From the NCBI RefSeq assembly GCF_006345805.1, contig NC_043003.1, positions 3,658,001 through 3,722,000 of the forward strand: a stretch of DNA of 64,000 nt, in the 5' to 3' direction. Under the pieces are notes generated by a model. That model had not been told where the DNA came from and made no database searches. It was given only the letters and a program-made list of their open reading frames with translations. The translations under genes were made by a program, and so were the position numbers. This stretch comes from Octopus sinensis (Eukaryota). This document shows, one piece after another, positions 51,154-63,961 of this stretch. Position 1 is the first letter of the stretch. The number at the start of each line of letters is the position of its first letter.

Positions 51154-51722
51154 CAGGGTGTGGTGAATAAGCTGTAGTCTCAAGTATGCAACAATGAAAG
51201 TAACACTGATACCTCCTTTTAACAGATGTATTAACGAAAATTATATAAAAATATCTTGAAATACTAAAGAGTAAATGTATTCAATGAAATCGCCATTGGC
51301 TTCAACCACAGCCCCCAGATGACTTCGGAATCTCTTGCGATTCTTCTGGACAGTCTCCTTGTTTAAGTTGGTGAATGCTGCCATAATCCTTGTCTTCAGT
51401 TCATCTTTGGGGCTGCAGGGAGTTTTGTTGGTCTCTCGCTGAACTGTGCCCTACACACAATAATCAAGGGGGTTGCAGTCTGCGGAGTTAGGTGGCCAGA
51501 TGTTAGGGGTGATGTGGTCACAGAAATTGTCTGACAGCCACGACTGGGTTCTCCTGCTTGTGTGGCAAGGTACAGAGTCCTGTTGTCAGACATAGGGATT
51601 TCCAGCAGCCACCCTCTTGACCCAGGGCAGCACTGCCTCCGCCAGGCACTTGATGTAGGTCTCCATGTGGAGTCTGAGGTCGTGTGGGAAGATGAATGGA
51701 GGCATAATGTGGCCATCACTAG
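51154..51722 (-). mobile_element. Tc1/mariner maT-type (DD37D) transposase 3' remnant with one TIR
   Basis: The minus strand reads SDGHIMPPFIFP...QQDSVPCHTS...WPPNSADCNPLDY...HLGAVVEANGDFIE, with 37 residues between the 2nd and 3rd Asp and two stop codons. TA|CAGGGTG terminus at 51152-51160. Confidence 0.85.
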
Positions 51723-52609
51723 TGGCGACGTTATGCCATCAGGTGTGGAAGTTCAGTCATTAGTCCCATCTAGGAAGTTTAGTCATTAGTCTCATATAGA
51801 TTCAGGTGTGGCTGTGTGGTAAGAAGCTTGCTTCTCAACGACATGGTTTTGGGTTCAGTCCCACTGCGTGGCACCTTGGGTAAGTGTCTTTCTACAATAA
51901 CCCTCAGCTGAGCAAAGCTTTGTGAGTGGATTTGGTAGATGGAAACTGTAAGAAGCCCATTGTAAATATATGTGTGCGTGTGTTTGTGGTGTGTGTTCGT
52001 GTCTGTCCCCACCACAGCTTGACAACTGGTGTTGGTTTGTTTATGTCCCCATGATACCAATACAATATCATACATAGAAATGGTATGTTCCATTACCATT
52101 TAATAGAAAAGCAACAGATTTCAGAAACTGAGAGCGAGTCGGGGGTGTGTGTTTATCAAGACATTTCAGAGATTATACAAATATCAAAGAATGAAAAAAA
52201 GGATGATTTATTAAAACTAATTGTCATTAACGATTTTATTGTCAATGGCTTCGTTTTTTATTATTTTACATTTTCAGCGTCTATTGAATTCATCGTTATT
52301 AAGTATATCATGTGTCATTTATCAGACAAGAATTAAAAGATGAAATAAATTATACTACAACATTGGGTTGTCAGATAAATTTGGATTTGTTTTCCATTTC
52401 TTTTAATCCTTCCTGTTATCATTTGTAAATATATTTTTATCTTAGTGTTTTATGGGTTCTTTGTATCTCTATTCTTCCTCCACAACTTTTGTTTACCATT
52501 TTTGAAATTCAAATAATTTTTAATTCTTTTCAGAGAAACAATAATGGAGTGCCAAGCAGAAAGAAAAGGTGAACAAATTTATCTGAGAATCCAATATAAA
52601 GACTGCTAC

Positions 52610-52980
52610 ATGGCACTCCGTTGGTTACGACAATGAGGGTCCCGGTTGATCCGATCAATGGAACAGCCTGCTCGTGAAATTAACATGCAAGTGGCTGAGC
52701 ACTCCACAGACACGTGTATCTCGGGGAAGATTCAGTGTGACACATAGTGTGACAAGGCTTGCCCTTTGAAATACAGGTACACCAGAAACAGGAAGAAAGA
52801 GTGAGAGAACGTTGTGGTGAATGAGTACAGCAGGGTTCGTCATCACCCCCTGCTGGAGCCTCGTGGAGCTTTAGGTTTTTTTGCTCAATAAGCACTCAGA
52901 ATGCCCAGTCTGGGAATCGAAACTGCAATCCTACGACCACGAGTCCGCTGCCCTAATCACTGGGCCATTGCGCCTCCACA
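52610..52980 (-). mobile_element. tRNA SINE, third family
   Basis: Minus-strand tRNA-like head (TGGCCCAGTGATTAG...GGATTGCAGTTTCGATTCC) and a conserved body. Copies at about 5820-6095, 23470-23725, 36838-37182 and 57270-57575. Confidence 0.7.
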
Positions 52981-53330
52981 TAAACACAAATATTCTACTA
53001 AAATATTTCAATATTGATGGTGCCATCTTTAATATAAGAACTGGATGGCAAATATGATAAGTAAGCGTTAGAGGATAAAGGACTAAAAATTAACGAGTGT
53101 CTAGTTTAGGGGAAATAAGGGGCTAATGCATATAGCATTTGTCTCTTCAAACTTGGGGTTATGTTAATGTGGTGACTGTTATTTCTATAATGTCCCTGCT
53201 CATTTCTCAATCCCACGACTGCAGTTGACTTTCTGTTCTTCTCATCTCTTTGACACAAGTCAAACTGTCATCCACTTGAGAGTATAGTAATGCGAATATA
53301 TAAAAAAATATACACATACATGCAATATAG

Positions 53331-53361
<31 letters not shown>

Positions 53362-54057
53362 TAAATAGATAGATAGATAGAGAGAGAGAGAGAGTGGGAA
53401 AGAGAGAGAGAGAGAAAGAGAGACAGAGAACTGCTTATTTCTGTATGGACAATTAATTTTCTAGCATTTTTTTGGAGATGAAAATTAAAAGAAATCAAAT
53501 AAGACTGGAATTGATATATTTTAGGCACAGGCATTAACTGTTTGTAGATATTGTATGAATGAGATCTTTAAATGCTTTATATGCTTTGTGTTTACATGCT
53601 GAAATTCATTCTGAATATTTATCAATGCGAGTTTTTTCTGCAAATAATATTTCATGTTTCTGCTGTACACAGACTACAGGGTTTTTACTATCATAGAAAG
53701 ATTTAGCTCCCTTGATGATGATTTGCATCATTTATATGGAGTATGTAGACTTTTAGAGCCTATAAGAATATTTTTGCATCATCATCATCATAATCACCAT
53801 CATCATTTTAACATCTACTTTTCCATGCTTGCATGGGTTGGATGGAGTTTATTCAGGCAAATTTTTCAATGATCAGATGCTGTTCCTGTCACAAACTCTC
53901 ACTTGTTTTCAAACAAAGTAGAACTTAGCCATGACCAGAAAATGATTCTTAGAGAATATTGGAAATGACACCACTTGTATAACAGTGACACTTGCTTCCA
54001 ACTATCATGTGATATCACTATAAACACATACACACACACACACACACGAAGCCTGTC

Positions 54058-54109
<52 letters not shown>

Positions 54110-54556
54110 ATACATATTAATATATATATATTAATATATGTACACGATGGGCTTCTTTCAATTTCCATCTGCCAAATCCATTCACAAGTCTTTGGTCAGC
54201 ATGGAGTTATAGTAGTAGACATTTTCCTGAGGTACCACATAATGGAACTGAATCTAAAACCTGCAAATATTATTTTAAAAAATCACCATGGAACTATTCG
54301 TTGACAACAGAATCCAAAACCTTTGACTAATAATTTTGTGTTTTGTGTTTAATGACCGTAACGACAACTTCCTACAGAAACAAATTATAAAATCAATCAA
54401 TCCGACAATGACAGATTAAGGCAAAAATAATTAGAAGTGTACTTGACAGAAAATCATCAACTCTATTTCACCATTGCCTCTATGGTGTCATACATGCGCC
54501 ATAGATGAAGGGTCCATGTCTACACCAAATATATAGAAAAAAACCTATGTTGAATA

Positions 54557-55155
54557 GGCTACTAACCCCAAGATTCTGAGTTTGATTCCAGGAAGTGACC
54601 TGAATAATAATAATAATCATCATCGTCATCATCGTTTAATGTTCGCCTTCCATGCTAGCATGGGTTGGACGAATGACTGAGGGCTGGCGAACCAGATGGC
54701 TGCACCAGGCCCCAATCTTGATCTGGCAGAGTTTCCAGAGCTGGATGTGCTTCCTAACGTCAACCACTCCGAGAGTGTAGTGGGTGCTTTTTACGTGCCA
54801 GTCAGGCGGTACTGGCAACAACCTCGCTCGAATCTTTTTACACATGCCACCGGCACAGGTGCCAGTAAGGTGACGTTGGTAACGATCACGCTCAAATAGT
54901 GCCCTTTTACGTGCCACCGGCACAGAGCCAGTTGGCTGCTCTGGCAACGATCACGCTCGAATAATAATAATAATAATATTGAAAAATACCTTAGAAATGA
55001 GAGCCCTGGTTCGAAATTTCCTCAAGACACCTGAAGAAGGCTGGAGGGTATATCAACTGAAACGTATTAACAACAAACAAGATGAGGACAAATATCCGTC
55101 AAATGTAAATAATGAAAATAATCTACATAATTCCTCATCTCTTAAATACAGAACC
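54557..55155 (+). mobile_element. Second copy of the tRNA-head/hammerhead-tail element, interrupted at (AAT)n by an RTE-derived non-autonomous element
   Basis: GGCTACTAACCCCAAGATT..GAGTTTGATTCC (B-box-like), then (AAT)n, the insert, (AAT)n, CTGAAGA...GAAACGTA and the family 3' end. Confidence 0.65.
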
Positions 55156-58034
55156 GTATTATCAGTGATGTTGTAGGTTTTCTCAACACTTACAGTTTCC
55201 TACAGAAATTGAAACTGAATATAAATCACATTGATTAGACTAATTGGAGAAACGAGTGAAAAGTCAGAAGCTTTACTCCTCCCATTTCCGAAACACACAG
55301 ACATCGATACACATTCAAACATCACCACATGCATGAAACACTGACGCATATACACCCTAACCAAGTTGCATGCATCAGTACAAATGAATTCACACACACA
55401 CACACTTGTATCTTATTTTTAGCTTTGTTTCAGTCATTTGACCGTGGCCATGCTGGAGCAGTGCCTTGAAGAATTTCAGTCAAACGAATCAACCCCAGTA
55501 CTTATTATTTTTTTTAAAGCCTTGTACTTATTTCCTCAATCTCTTCTGAGGAACTGCTAAGTTACAGAGATGTAAACACACCAACACCGGTTGTCAAGTA
55601 GTAGTGGGGGACAACCACACACACACACAAACGACAGGTTTCTTTCTGCTTCCCAAATCCACTCACAAGGCTATAGTGCTTCATAGTGGGACTGAACCTA
55701 AAACCATGTGATTGGGAAGCAGACTTCTTACCACACAGCCAGACTTATGTTGAAGATAAAGACCCTAACTTTAAAACACCTGTGTCCCTAGATATCAAGG
55801 GTGATGGCCATACAAGTACAGATCAAGGAGACATGCTAATGTTGCCAAACACCTCTTGACTTCTATACAGATAATACTGTTAATGCTTATGATAATGTTG
55901 ATAATGCTTGGTGACTTCCCCAAAGATGTGATAATGTTGTTAACAAACAAATCTGAGATATGATAACATTGACGCCACTTGACTTGCACAGAGTTACTGC
56001 GATAAAAGAGGCAAAGCAGGTTACGAAATCTTTAGTAACCCGCTACGAGATACATTACATTGGAGTTTCTGCTGGGAAAATATTTCTACAATTGATCTGG
56101 TTCTGGCTGATCTGGAAATGGCAGAAAAAGGGACACCCAGAAAAACAGGCAATGATCTATGGCTATGGATTGTCAAATATGACTCTCAGAGTGTCATCAG
56201 ACTGGAATGTCACCTTTCAGTAGGTAAATTAACATCCAGGTGTTGCAGCATGGCTTGGCCGATGAATAGAAATAAAGAACATAGGATGGGTGATGTTGTG
56301 AAAGTAATGGTCACCCAAAACAGAGACAATAACAGAAATGAATACATTAAACGTTTGCTTAATAGTTCACTGAGTTGTGTGGTGCAGTGGAAGCATGTTG
56401 GGCCCAGAACCCAGAGGTTTGTAGATCGAATCTACATTCTACTAAGAAGTGGATGCTGTTTTTGATGCTCATACATCACAACTAATTTGTCTAGAAATAT
56501 ACCAACCATATCCGTACACCTGTACCAGTGGCATGTAAACGTACCTCGATGTCATGCAAATGGCACCTGTGCTGGCAGAATGTAAAAGCACCCATAACAC
56601 TCTTAGAGTGGTTGGCGTTAGGAAGGGCATCCAACTGTAGAAACACTGCCAGATCAAAACTGGAGCCTGGTGCAGCTGTCTGGTTTGCCAGCCCTCAGTC
56701 AAACCATCCAACCCATGCTAGCATGGAAAGCGGACGTTGAACGATGATGATGATGATGATAATGATGATGATGATGATCTAATAAAAATTTATACAGGCT
56801 CAAAGGGTCACAAACTGATGGGGATGCACCAAAGCCAAATGTGAGCAGAGATGACCACCACCACAGGACTTCTCCCTTAGTGAAAAGGAGAGGGGACAGC
56901 AAAGAGTTGCCCATTGTATAAGCTGTCTCTTTTTCTCTTTTACTTGTATCAGTCATTAGACTGTTGCCATGCTGGAGCACCACCTTGAGGAACTTGTAGT
57001 TGAATGAATTGACCCCCACCCCCACTCCGAACTTATTTCCTTTTAAACCTGGCACTTATTCTATTGGTCTTTTTTTGCTGAACTGCTAAGTTACGGGGAT
57101 GTAAACACACCAACACCGGTTGTGGCAAACACAAACACAAAAACAAATGCACAAAGATGTGCGTGTGTGTGTGTGTGTATGTGTGTGTCTCTATCTATCT
57201 GTGTGTATATACATACATACACACACACATATATATATACATACATACATATGACTAGACTAACTGGCTCTCCATTGGTAATGACGACGAGGGTTCCAGT
57301 TGATCCGATCAACGGAACAGACTGCTCATGAAACTAATATGCATGCGGCTGAGTACTCCACAGACATGTGTACCCCTAACGTAGTTCTCAGGGAGATTCA
57401 GCATGGCACAGAATGTGACAAGGGTGGCCTCTTTGAAATACACGTACATCTCATTTTTGCCAGCTGAGTGGTCTGGGGCAATGTCAAATAAAGTGTCTTG
57501 CTCACGGACACAATGCTCCACTGGAAATTGAACTCATGACCTTACGATCATGAGCTGAATGCCCTAACCACTAGACCATATATTATATACGACAGGCTTC
57601 TTTCAGTTTCTGCCAACCAAATCCGCTCACAAGGCTTTGGTCAGTCCAGCGCTATAGTAGAAGACACATACTTAAGGTGCCATGAAGTGGGACTGAACCC
57701 AGGACCATGTAGTTGGTAAGCAAACTTCCCACACAGAGCCACACCTGTACCTATGATTTAACTTTTATCAAATTTCTTGGTGTTTATGTAAAACGAGGAA
57801 ATCAACTCTAATTTCGAAAAGACAAATATTTAATTCCTTGAAATAAATTTTAGCAAATTTATCATTTGTATGATTCCCCACACAACAGCTCAGTCATTTA
57901 CTCATTTACATGTATATATACTGCCAGATCTGACTGGGCCTGATGCGGCCTTCTGGCTTCACAGACCCCAGTTGAACCGTCCAACCCATGCTAGCATGGA
58001 AAACGGACGTTAAATGATGATGATGATGATGATG

Positions 58035-58066
<32 letters not shown>

Positions 58067-58123
58067 CAGAATGAGATAAAAATCCAAGGCTGTGAAAGAT
58101 TTCCGAACATTTATAAATAGAAG

Positions 58124-58170
58124 GTCTTACAGCTGTTTCAAGGATATTTATTATCTCCCTTCATCAGAGA
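58124..58170 (-). ncRNA. Hammerhead motif, same family as 14140-14187, with an imperfect stem II
   Basis: UCU-CUGAUGA-AGGGAGAUAAUAAAUAUCCUU-GAAA-CAGCUG-UA-AGA. Confidence 0.55.
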
Positions 58171-58437
58171 GGGTGTGAGAAAATGGTTAAGCAATGGTTA
58201 TTATAGAGAAAATATGAAATAGAGAGTGAAGTGGAGGAATGAAAACAGACGTGAGATATTGTATCTGCAGTGCCATTATTTAAGCAGAATGGTATACATA
58301 CGGGTTTCCTGTAACTTGTGTGTGAGTTCCAATGGTATTTATAATTGGTCATTCCAAGCATAGTGTCTTGTAAATATATATATATATATATATATATAAA
58401 TATATAAGAAAGTTGGTTTGTGAAAGCACGTGGGTGA

Positions 58438-58912
58438 ATATATAAAAAATAGTAAAGAGTGAAAAAACGACAGAAGGCTTAAATGTTAAAAAATATATAT
58501 ATTTGCGTCAATATGTCTGAAGAATATTAGAACATTTTTTAAACAAATTTTTTTTTCCTTTATAATGACATAATTTTTAAAGAAAGACCGGTTTCGCATT
58601 TAGCTTTTCAAATTTCTTGTGACGTTATGTTTATGTTTAATAGAGTTATCCTTGTGTTTAAGCTCCGGAGAGTTCTAAATAAGGGAGCTTAAACACAAGG
58701 ATAACTCTATTAAACATAAACATAACGTCACAAGAAATTTGAAAAGCTAAATGCGAAACCGGTCTTTCTTTAAAAATTATGTCATTATAAAGGAAAAAAA
58801 AATTTGTTTAAAAAATGTTCTAATATTCTTCAGACATATTGACGCAAATATATATATTTTTTAACATTTAAGCCTTCTGTCGTTTTTTCACTCTTTACTA
58901 TTTTTTATATAT
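58438..58912. repeat. Palindrome with two apparently perfect 229-bp arms and a 17-nt spacer
   Basis: 58438-58666 reads as the reverse complement of 58684-58912; I saw no mismatch by eye. Confidence 0.93.
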
Positions 58913-59094
58913 ATATAAATATATACATATACATATATATATATATATATAAATATATGCATATATATATATATATATATATAAATATATACATGTACAT
59001 ATATATAAAAATATATATATATATATGTATGTATATATATTGGCTAAACTGGCAAAATGATCATTCCTAAATACAACAATATATATATATATTT

Positions 59095-59730
59095 GAAGGC
59101 CGTCCACTCATGACTGAGGAAGACCGTTTGCTGGCCTTCAGGAACATTGTTCGCTCTAGGACTAACTTATATTTTGCATTTGCGGCTCCATTGGTGGCTA
59201 ATGAGCCCTGCTCTTGATGAGCCATACACGACTGCAAACATTGCAGACCAAGCTTTCCCCATTCACTAAACCAGCCGTACGCTTTCAAGCAGCACGCTTA
59301 AGTTCTCCATGCAGAATACGTGCTCCCTCAAAAGTGTCAACCCCTACCTCCTTAACCCGTTTCCTCCATCTGTGGCGATGACAGGCATTGTTCTCCCAGT
59401 CAGTCCCTTGCATATCACAGGCCTTTAATGAGGACTTGACACAGTCCTTAAATCACAGCCTTGGTTTCTGCCAGGGTCTCTTTCCATTCACAAGTTCCCC
59501 ATGTAGTATCTATTTAGGGACCCTGCTATCCTTCATTCTAATAAAGTGTACTGACATTGCACCTTTACTCATGTGAGACATGGACCCTTTACAAACGTCA
59601 TGTAAGAGTCCTTGAACACTTTCATCAGAGATATCTCAGACTCATTCTGAATGTTGGCTGGACCTTAAAAACTCCAGACACACAGGTCCTGAGGACAGCT
59701 GATATCTTGAGTGTTGAGGTGATGGTGCAC
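59095..59730. mobile_element. RTE/BovB-like LINE 3' fragment with an inverted 5' segment
   Basis: The + strand (59563-59730) reads LYSCETWTLYKRHVRVLEHFHQRYLRLIL...EVMV. The - strand (59559-59100) reads the following part, HFIRMKDSRVPK*ILHGELVNGKRP...FKDCVKSSLKAC. Confidence 0.8.
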
Positions 59731-60199
59731 ATACACACACACACACAAGAAAAAGCATAAATAACGTGCTTAACACATTTGTTTACTTGTGCATTGCAGA
59801 CTTACAGCTGTTTCTGATATCCATTTTAGGTGTGTTTAGAAATGTACCCAAAATGCATATCAGAAACAACTGTAAGACTGTGAAGCTCTAAGAACTAAAT
59901 ATAAGAAAGCCTATTATTTATGCCTTTTCTTGTGTATGCTTTTCTTTATGCTTTTTCTGTGTAAAAGATTAACCGGGGGGTGGGTGCAACCATGGATTTA
60001 CAAACTGACTGGTGATGGACTTCAACTTTGGACTTTGCCTTAGGATTACCTGGGGTTCTATACCAATCTGAAAACCTTTTCTTAGCCTGGTGTATTTGTA
60101 TTAACAGATAGCTTGAGAGTTATTTTACCCAGATTGATAATCCTTTATCAATAACTCCTTATTTTGATATATATATATACATATATATATCATGTACAT

Positions 60200-60958
60200 A
60201 TATATATCATCATCATCATCATCCTTTAACGCCTGTTTTCCATGCTGGCATGGGTTGGATGGTTTGATATGGAGCTGGCTAGCAAGGAGCTGTCCAGACT
60301 CCAGCTGTCTATTGACGCATGGTTTCTACGTTTGGATGCCCTTCCTAATGCCAGCCACTTAACAGAGTGTCCCGAGTGCCTTTTACGTGCCACCAGCATG
60401 GGTGCTTTTTAAGTGGCACCTGACTGGACAAGCCTGCATGTGTGGAAGATTTTACTCAGCTTGACCCACCTTATCAAATACAGCAGATCACCACGTCTCC
60501 CTGGCCCTTGTCATTTCCTCAGTGAAACCCAGCATCCAAAGATCCTTTCTCCACCACTTTGTCCCATGTCTTCCTGGGTCTACGTCTTCCACAGGTTCCC
60601 CCCCCCCCCACAATTACAGCTCAGCACTTCTTCACACAGCTCTCCTCATCCATACGCATCCCATGACCAAACCAGCGCAGTCTTCTCTCTTGCACACAAC
60701 ATCTGATGTCTCTCACAACCAGTTTTTCCTCTTAAATCATTTTACACTCTGTCGTGTGTGTACGCTGACATTACACACCCAGCAGAGCTTGCTAGCTTCA
60801 TTTCTTTCAAGCCTTCACAGGTCCTCAATAATCAAAGCCCACATTTTAATGCCATGTAACATAGCTGCACATACACAGGCATCATACAATCTACCTTTCA
60901 CTCGGAAGGAGAGGCCCTTAGTTACCAACAAAGGTAGAAGCTCTCTTTGAACTTTGCC
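60200..60958 (-). mobile_element. RTE-clade LINE 3' fragment, near-identical inverted copy of 988-1762
   Basis: Same 5' start (GGCAAAGTTCAAAGAGAGC) and the same disabling lesions as 988-1762. Confidence 0.85.
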
Positions 60959-61001
60959 ATATATATATATATATATATAATTTCGTTGCTTATTTTTTGG
61001 T

Positions 61002-61086
<85 letters not shown>

Positions 61087-61799
61087 GGTATAAAAATTAT
61101 ATATAAAGAAACAAGAACATGAAATACACAAAGGGACGAACACAGAAAACAGACAGGTCATTCGAAGCCTTTAATCTTCAGTCAGAAACCGGATCATCAT
61201 AGCAAATTTCGGCTGATTAATTCTGATATTTGCTCCGATGTGGCCAGCCCCAATGAAAAACTAAGTTGTGAACATTAGATTTCTTGGAAAAAGGAACGAA
61301 TGTAAACGCAACAAGGACATGCATATAATCTTAAAACGCTTTGACTTTAAAACCTACAAATAATGGGCAAACTAACGTCAATAATATAGAATATCTAATT
61401 TCAACCAAGTTGGGACCATCCCATCCGTGGATTACATTTCCACTTCATTCACAGGATGGAAGGAACCAAGGTCTTATTTATAAATTAGGGAATTTAAGAT
61501 TTAACAGAATTTGAACTCTCGGCCTATATTTTACAGGGAAAAAGATATAATTAGTTTTACCAGAAAAAGATGACAAAAAGGATGAGAATTATTGTACAAG
61601 ATGGAAAGCGGAAAGTGAAAAAGGATACGTCACATGAGGGATACAAAATAAGACTCTGTATGTGTGTGTGTGTGTGTGTTTGTGTGTGTGAGTGTGTGTG
61701 TTTGTGTGTGTGTGAGTGTGTGTGTGTTTGTGTGTGAGTGTGTGTGTTTGTGTGTGTGTTAGTGTGAGTGTGTGTGAGTGTGTGTGTGTGTGTGTGTTG

Positions 61800-61834
<35 letters not shown>

Positions 61835-61920
61835 GAGTGTGTGTTTGTGTGTGTGTGTGTGGGAGTGTGTGAGTGTGTGTGTGTTTGTGTGTTTGTGTGT
61901 GTGTGTGTGAGAGTGTGTGT

Positions 61921-61998
<78 letters not shown>

Positions 61999-62004
61999 GC
62001 TTAC

Positions 62005-62034
62005 CTCTTTGTCTTTGTTTGGTGATGGTTTCAT
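62005..62034 (-). CDS. Candidate first coding exon of the TRPM gene (MKPSPNKDKE, phase 0)
   Basis: ATG preceded by an in-frame TGA 6 nt upstream; ends at GAG|GTAAGC; phase 0 fits the 40717 acceptor. No homology support for the peptide. Confidence 0.5.
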
Positions 62035-62411
62035 GTCTCAATATTGAATCGTTTCCTTCGTTAATAAACAAAAAACAGACGAGTCCCAAATACACCGACT
62101 GACAAACGTTGGAACCAACGAGGAATATGAGAAAGACGGCCACAAATTCTTTATCTTATTCTTATCTTCTTGAAACTCACACCATACAATATGTAATTAA
62201 GAAAAATTCAGCAATTACTCAAACACACACACACACATATTTTGTGTGTGTGTGTGTGTATATATGACGTTAGATATTTACTGTTGAGTATGTTTCTGTG
62301 TGAAAGTACAGCCCTAAAGCTAAATGTACCAGCTGCCACTAACAGAAAGAGAGAGAGAGAGAGAGAGAGGGGAGAGAGAGGGAGGGAGAGGGAGAGAAAG
62401 ATTAAAAGAGA

Positions 62412-62454
<43 letters not shown>

Positions 62455-62491
62455 TTTATGTATGTATATATGTTCATATATATATATGTTC

Positions 62492-62522
<31 letters not shown>

Positions 62523-63524
62523 TACAGAGAGAGAAAGAGAATGTATATATATTGTGGGTCAAAGTAAAACGTTTGTGTCAAATATTGGCAAAGGACCAGG
62601 CTGAGTCAGAAAATTATACATAATTTTGTCTTATGGTAAATTGGAGCTGTATGGTGGTGGTGGTGGTGGTGGTAGGATCGTTGTTGTTGTTGTTGTTGGT
62701 GGTGGTGGTCTTTTTTGGTTGTGTTGTGATTGGCGTTGGTGTTGTGGTGGCAGAGGTGTTGCTCGTGGAGAGCAAGAAGTTCTAATAACATCAGAAACAC
62801 ATCAACAAGCTGCTCAGGGCTTACACACACACACACATATACACAAACATGAACAAGACACATGCACACACACACACACACACACAAAAACACACAAACA
62901 CACATACTCCTGCACAGAGCCCCCCCCCCCAAACAATCTCATAAACCAACAGGCAAAACCTAAAATCTCACTCAAATTTAATCTTCACAATAAATTTAAC
63001 TTTAGCTTAAGAATAGAGTTACATCATCATAACATTTATATCATCATCATCATCATCATCATCATCATTATCATCGTCATCATCATCATCATCATCATCA
63101 TCATCGTCATCATCATCATCATCATCATCATCATAAGTTAGTGTTAGGAAGGATAGGCATCATGGCAAAGCAGACTGCCTGGAGCAGTCCTCTAGTCTTC
63201 TGACTCTGGCAAGCCCCTGGGTGCTGGCCTCATGTAAAAAGCACCTGTGGTGGCGCTGGTACCATGTAATAGTCATCTGTGTGGTTGGGTTATGAAAAGC
63301 ACCCAGTACACTGTGTAAAGGGGTTGGTATGAAGAAGGGTATCCGACCCTTAGAAACCATTTCAAAATAGGTGATGGGAGCTGGTGCTGTTCTCCAGGTT
63401 GCCAGCTCCTGGCAAACATTCCAACCCATGCTAGCATGGAAAACAAACATTAACTGATGATGATGATGATGATGATTATGATGTACTTTAGAATATATCT
63501 AATTATATATCTTTTAGCCTATAC

Positions 63525-63638
63525 CAGTGGTTCCTAACCTCTGGTCTGCAGACCCCTGGTGGTCTGTAAAGGTAGTACTGGAGGTCTGTGAGCTAAATTC
63601 AAAATTTCATATATATTAATATATATTATATATATATA

Positions 63639-63689
<51 letters not shown>

Positions 63690-63813
63690 ACAGCAATAAG
63701 AGAATGGAGGGGATCAAGAGGTGGTATTCATCAACTTTTAGACATTATATTTATGTTAATTTATTTTAAAAAAACTCAATTATAACAATATACATACATG
63801 TATAACATGGAAG

Positions 63814-63868
<55 letters not shown>

Positions 63869-63961
63869 TACACATAAGGATAAGCATGTTAAAAGGAGTC
63901 GGCGGGAAAACTCATTTAAATAAAAAGGGGTCCTCGGTAGTGAAAAGGTTGGGAGCCACTG
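63525..63961. mobile_element. hAT-type MITE
   Basis: TIRs CAGTGGTTCCTAACCT / AGGTTGGGAGCCACTG; 8-bp TSD GCCTATAC / GCCTATCC (7 of 8 match). Confidence 0.8.

Noticed and set aside
52534-52568. Plus-strand exon candidate (TTTTCAG|...ATGGAGTGC...AAAAG|GTGAAC)
   Set aside because: Weak donor and no partner exons on the plus strand; such a match is expected by chance in AT-rich DNA.
61155-61195. Hammerhead-like CUGAAGA...GAA motif on the minus strand (also the degenerate motif at 57-96)
   Set aside because: Core or stem II is too degenerate to call a ribozyme.
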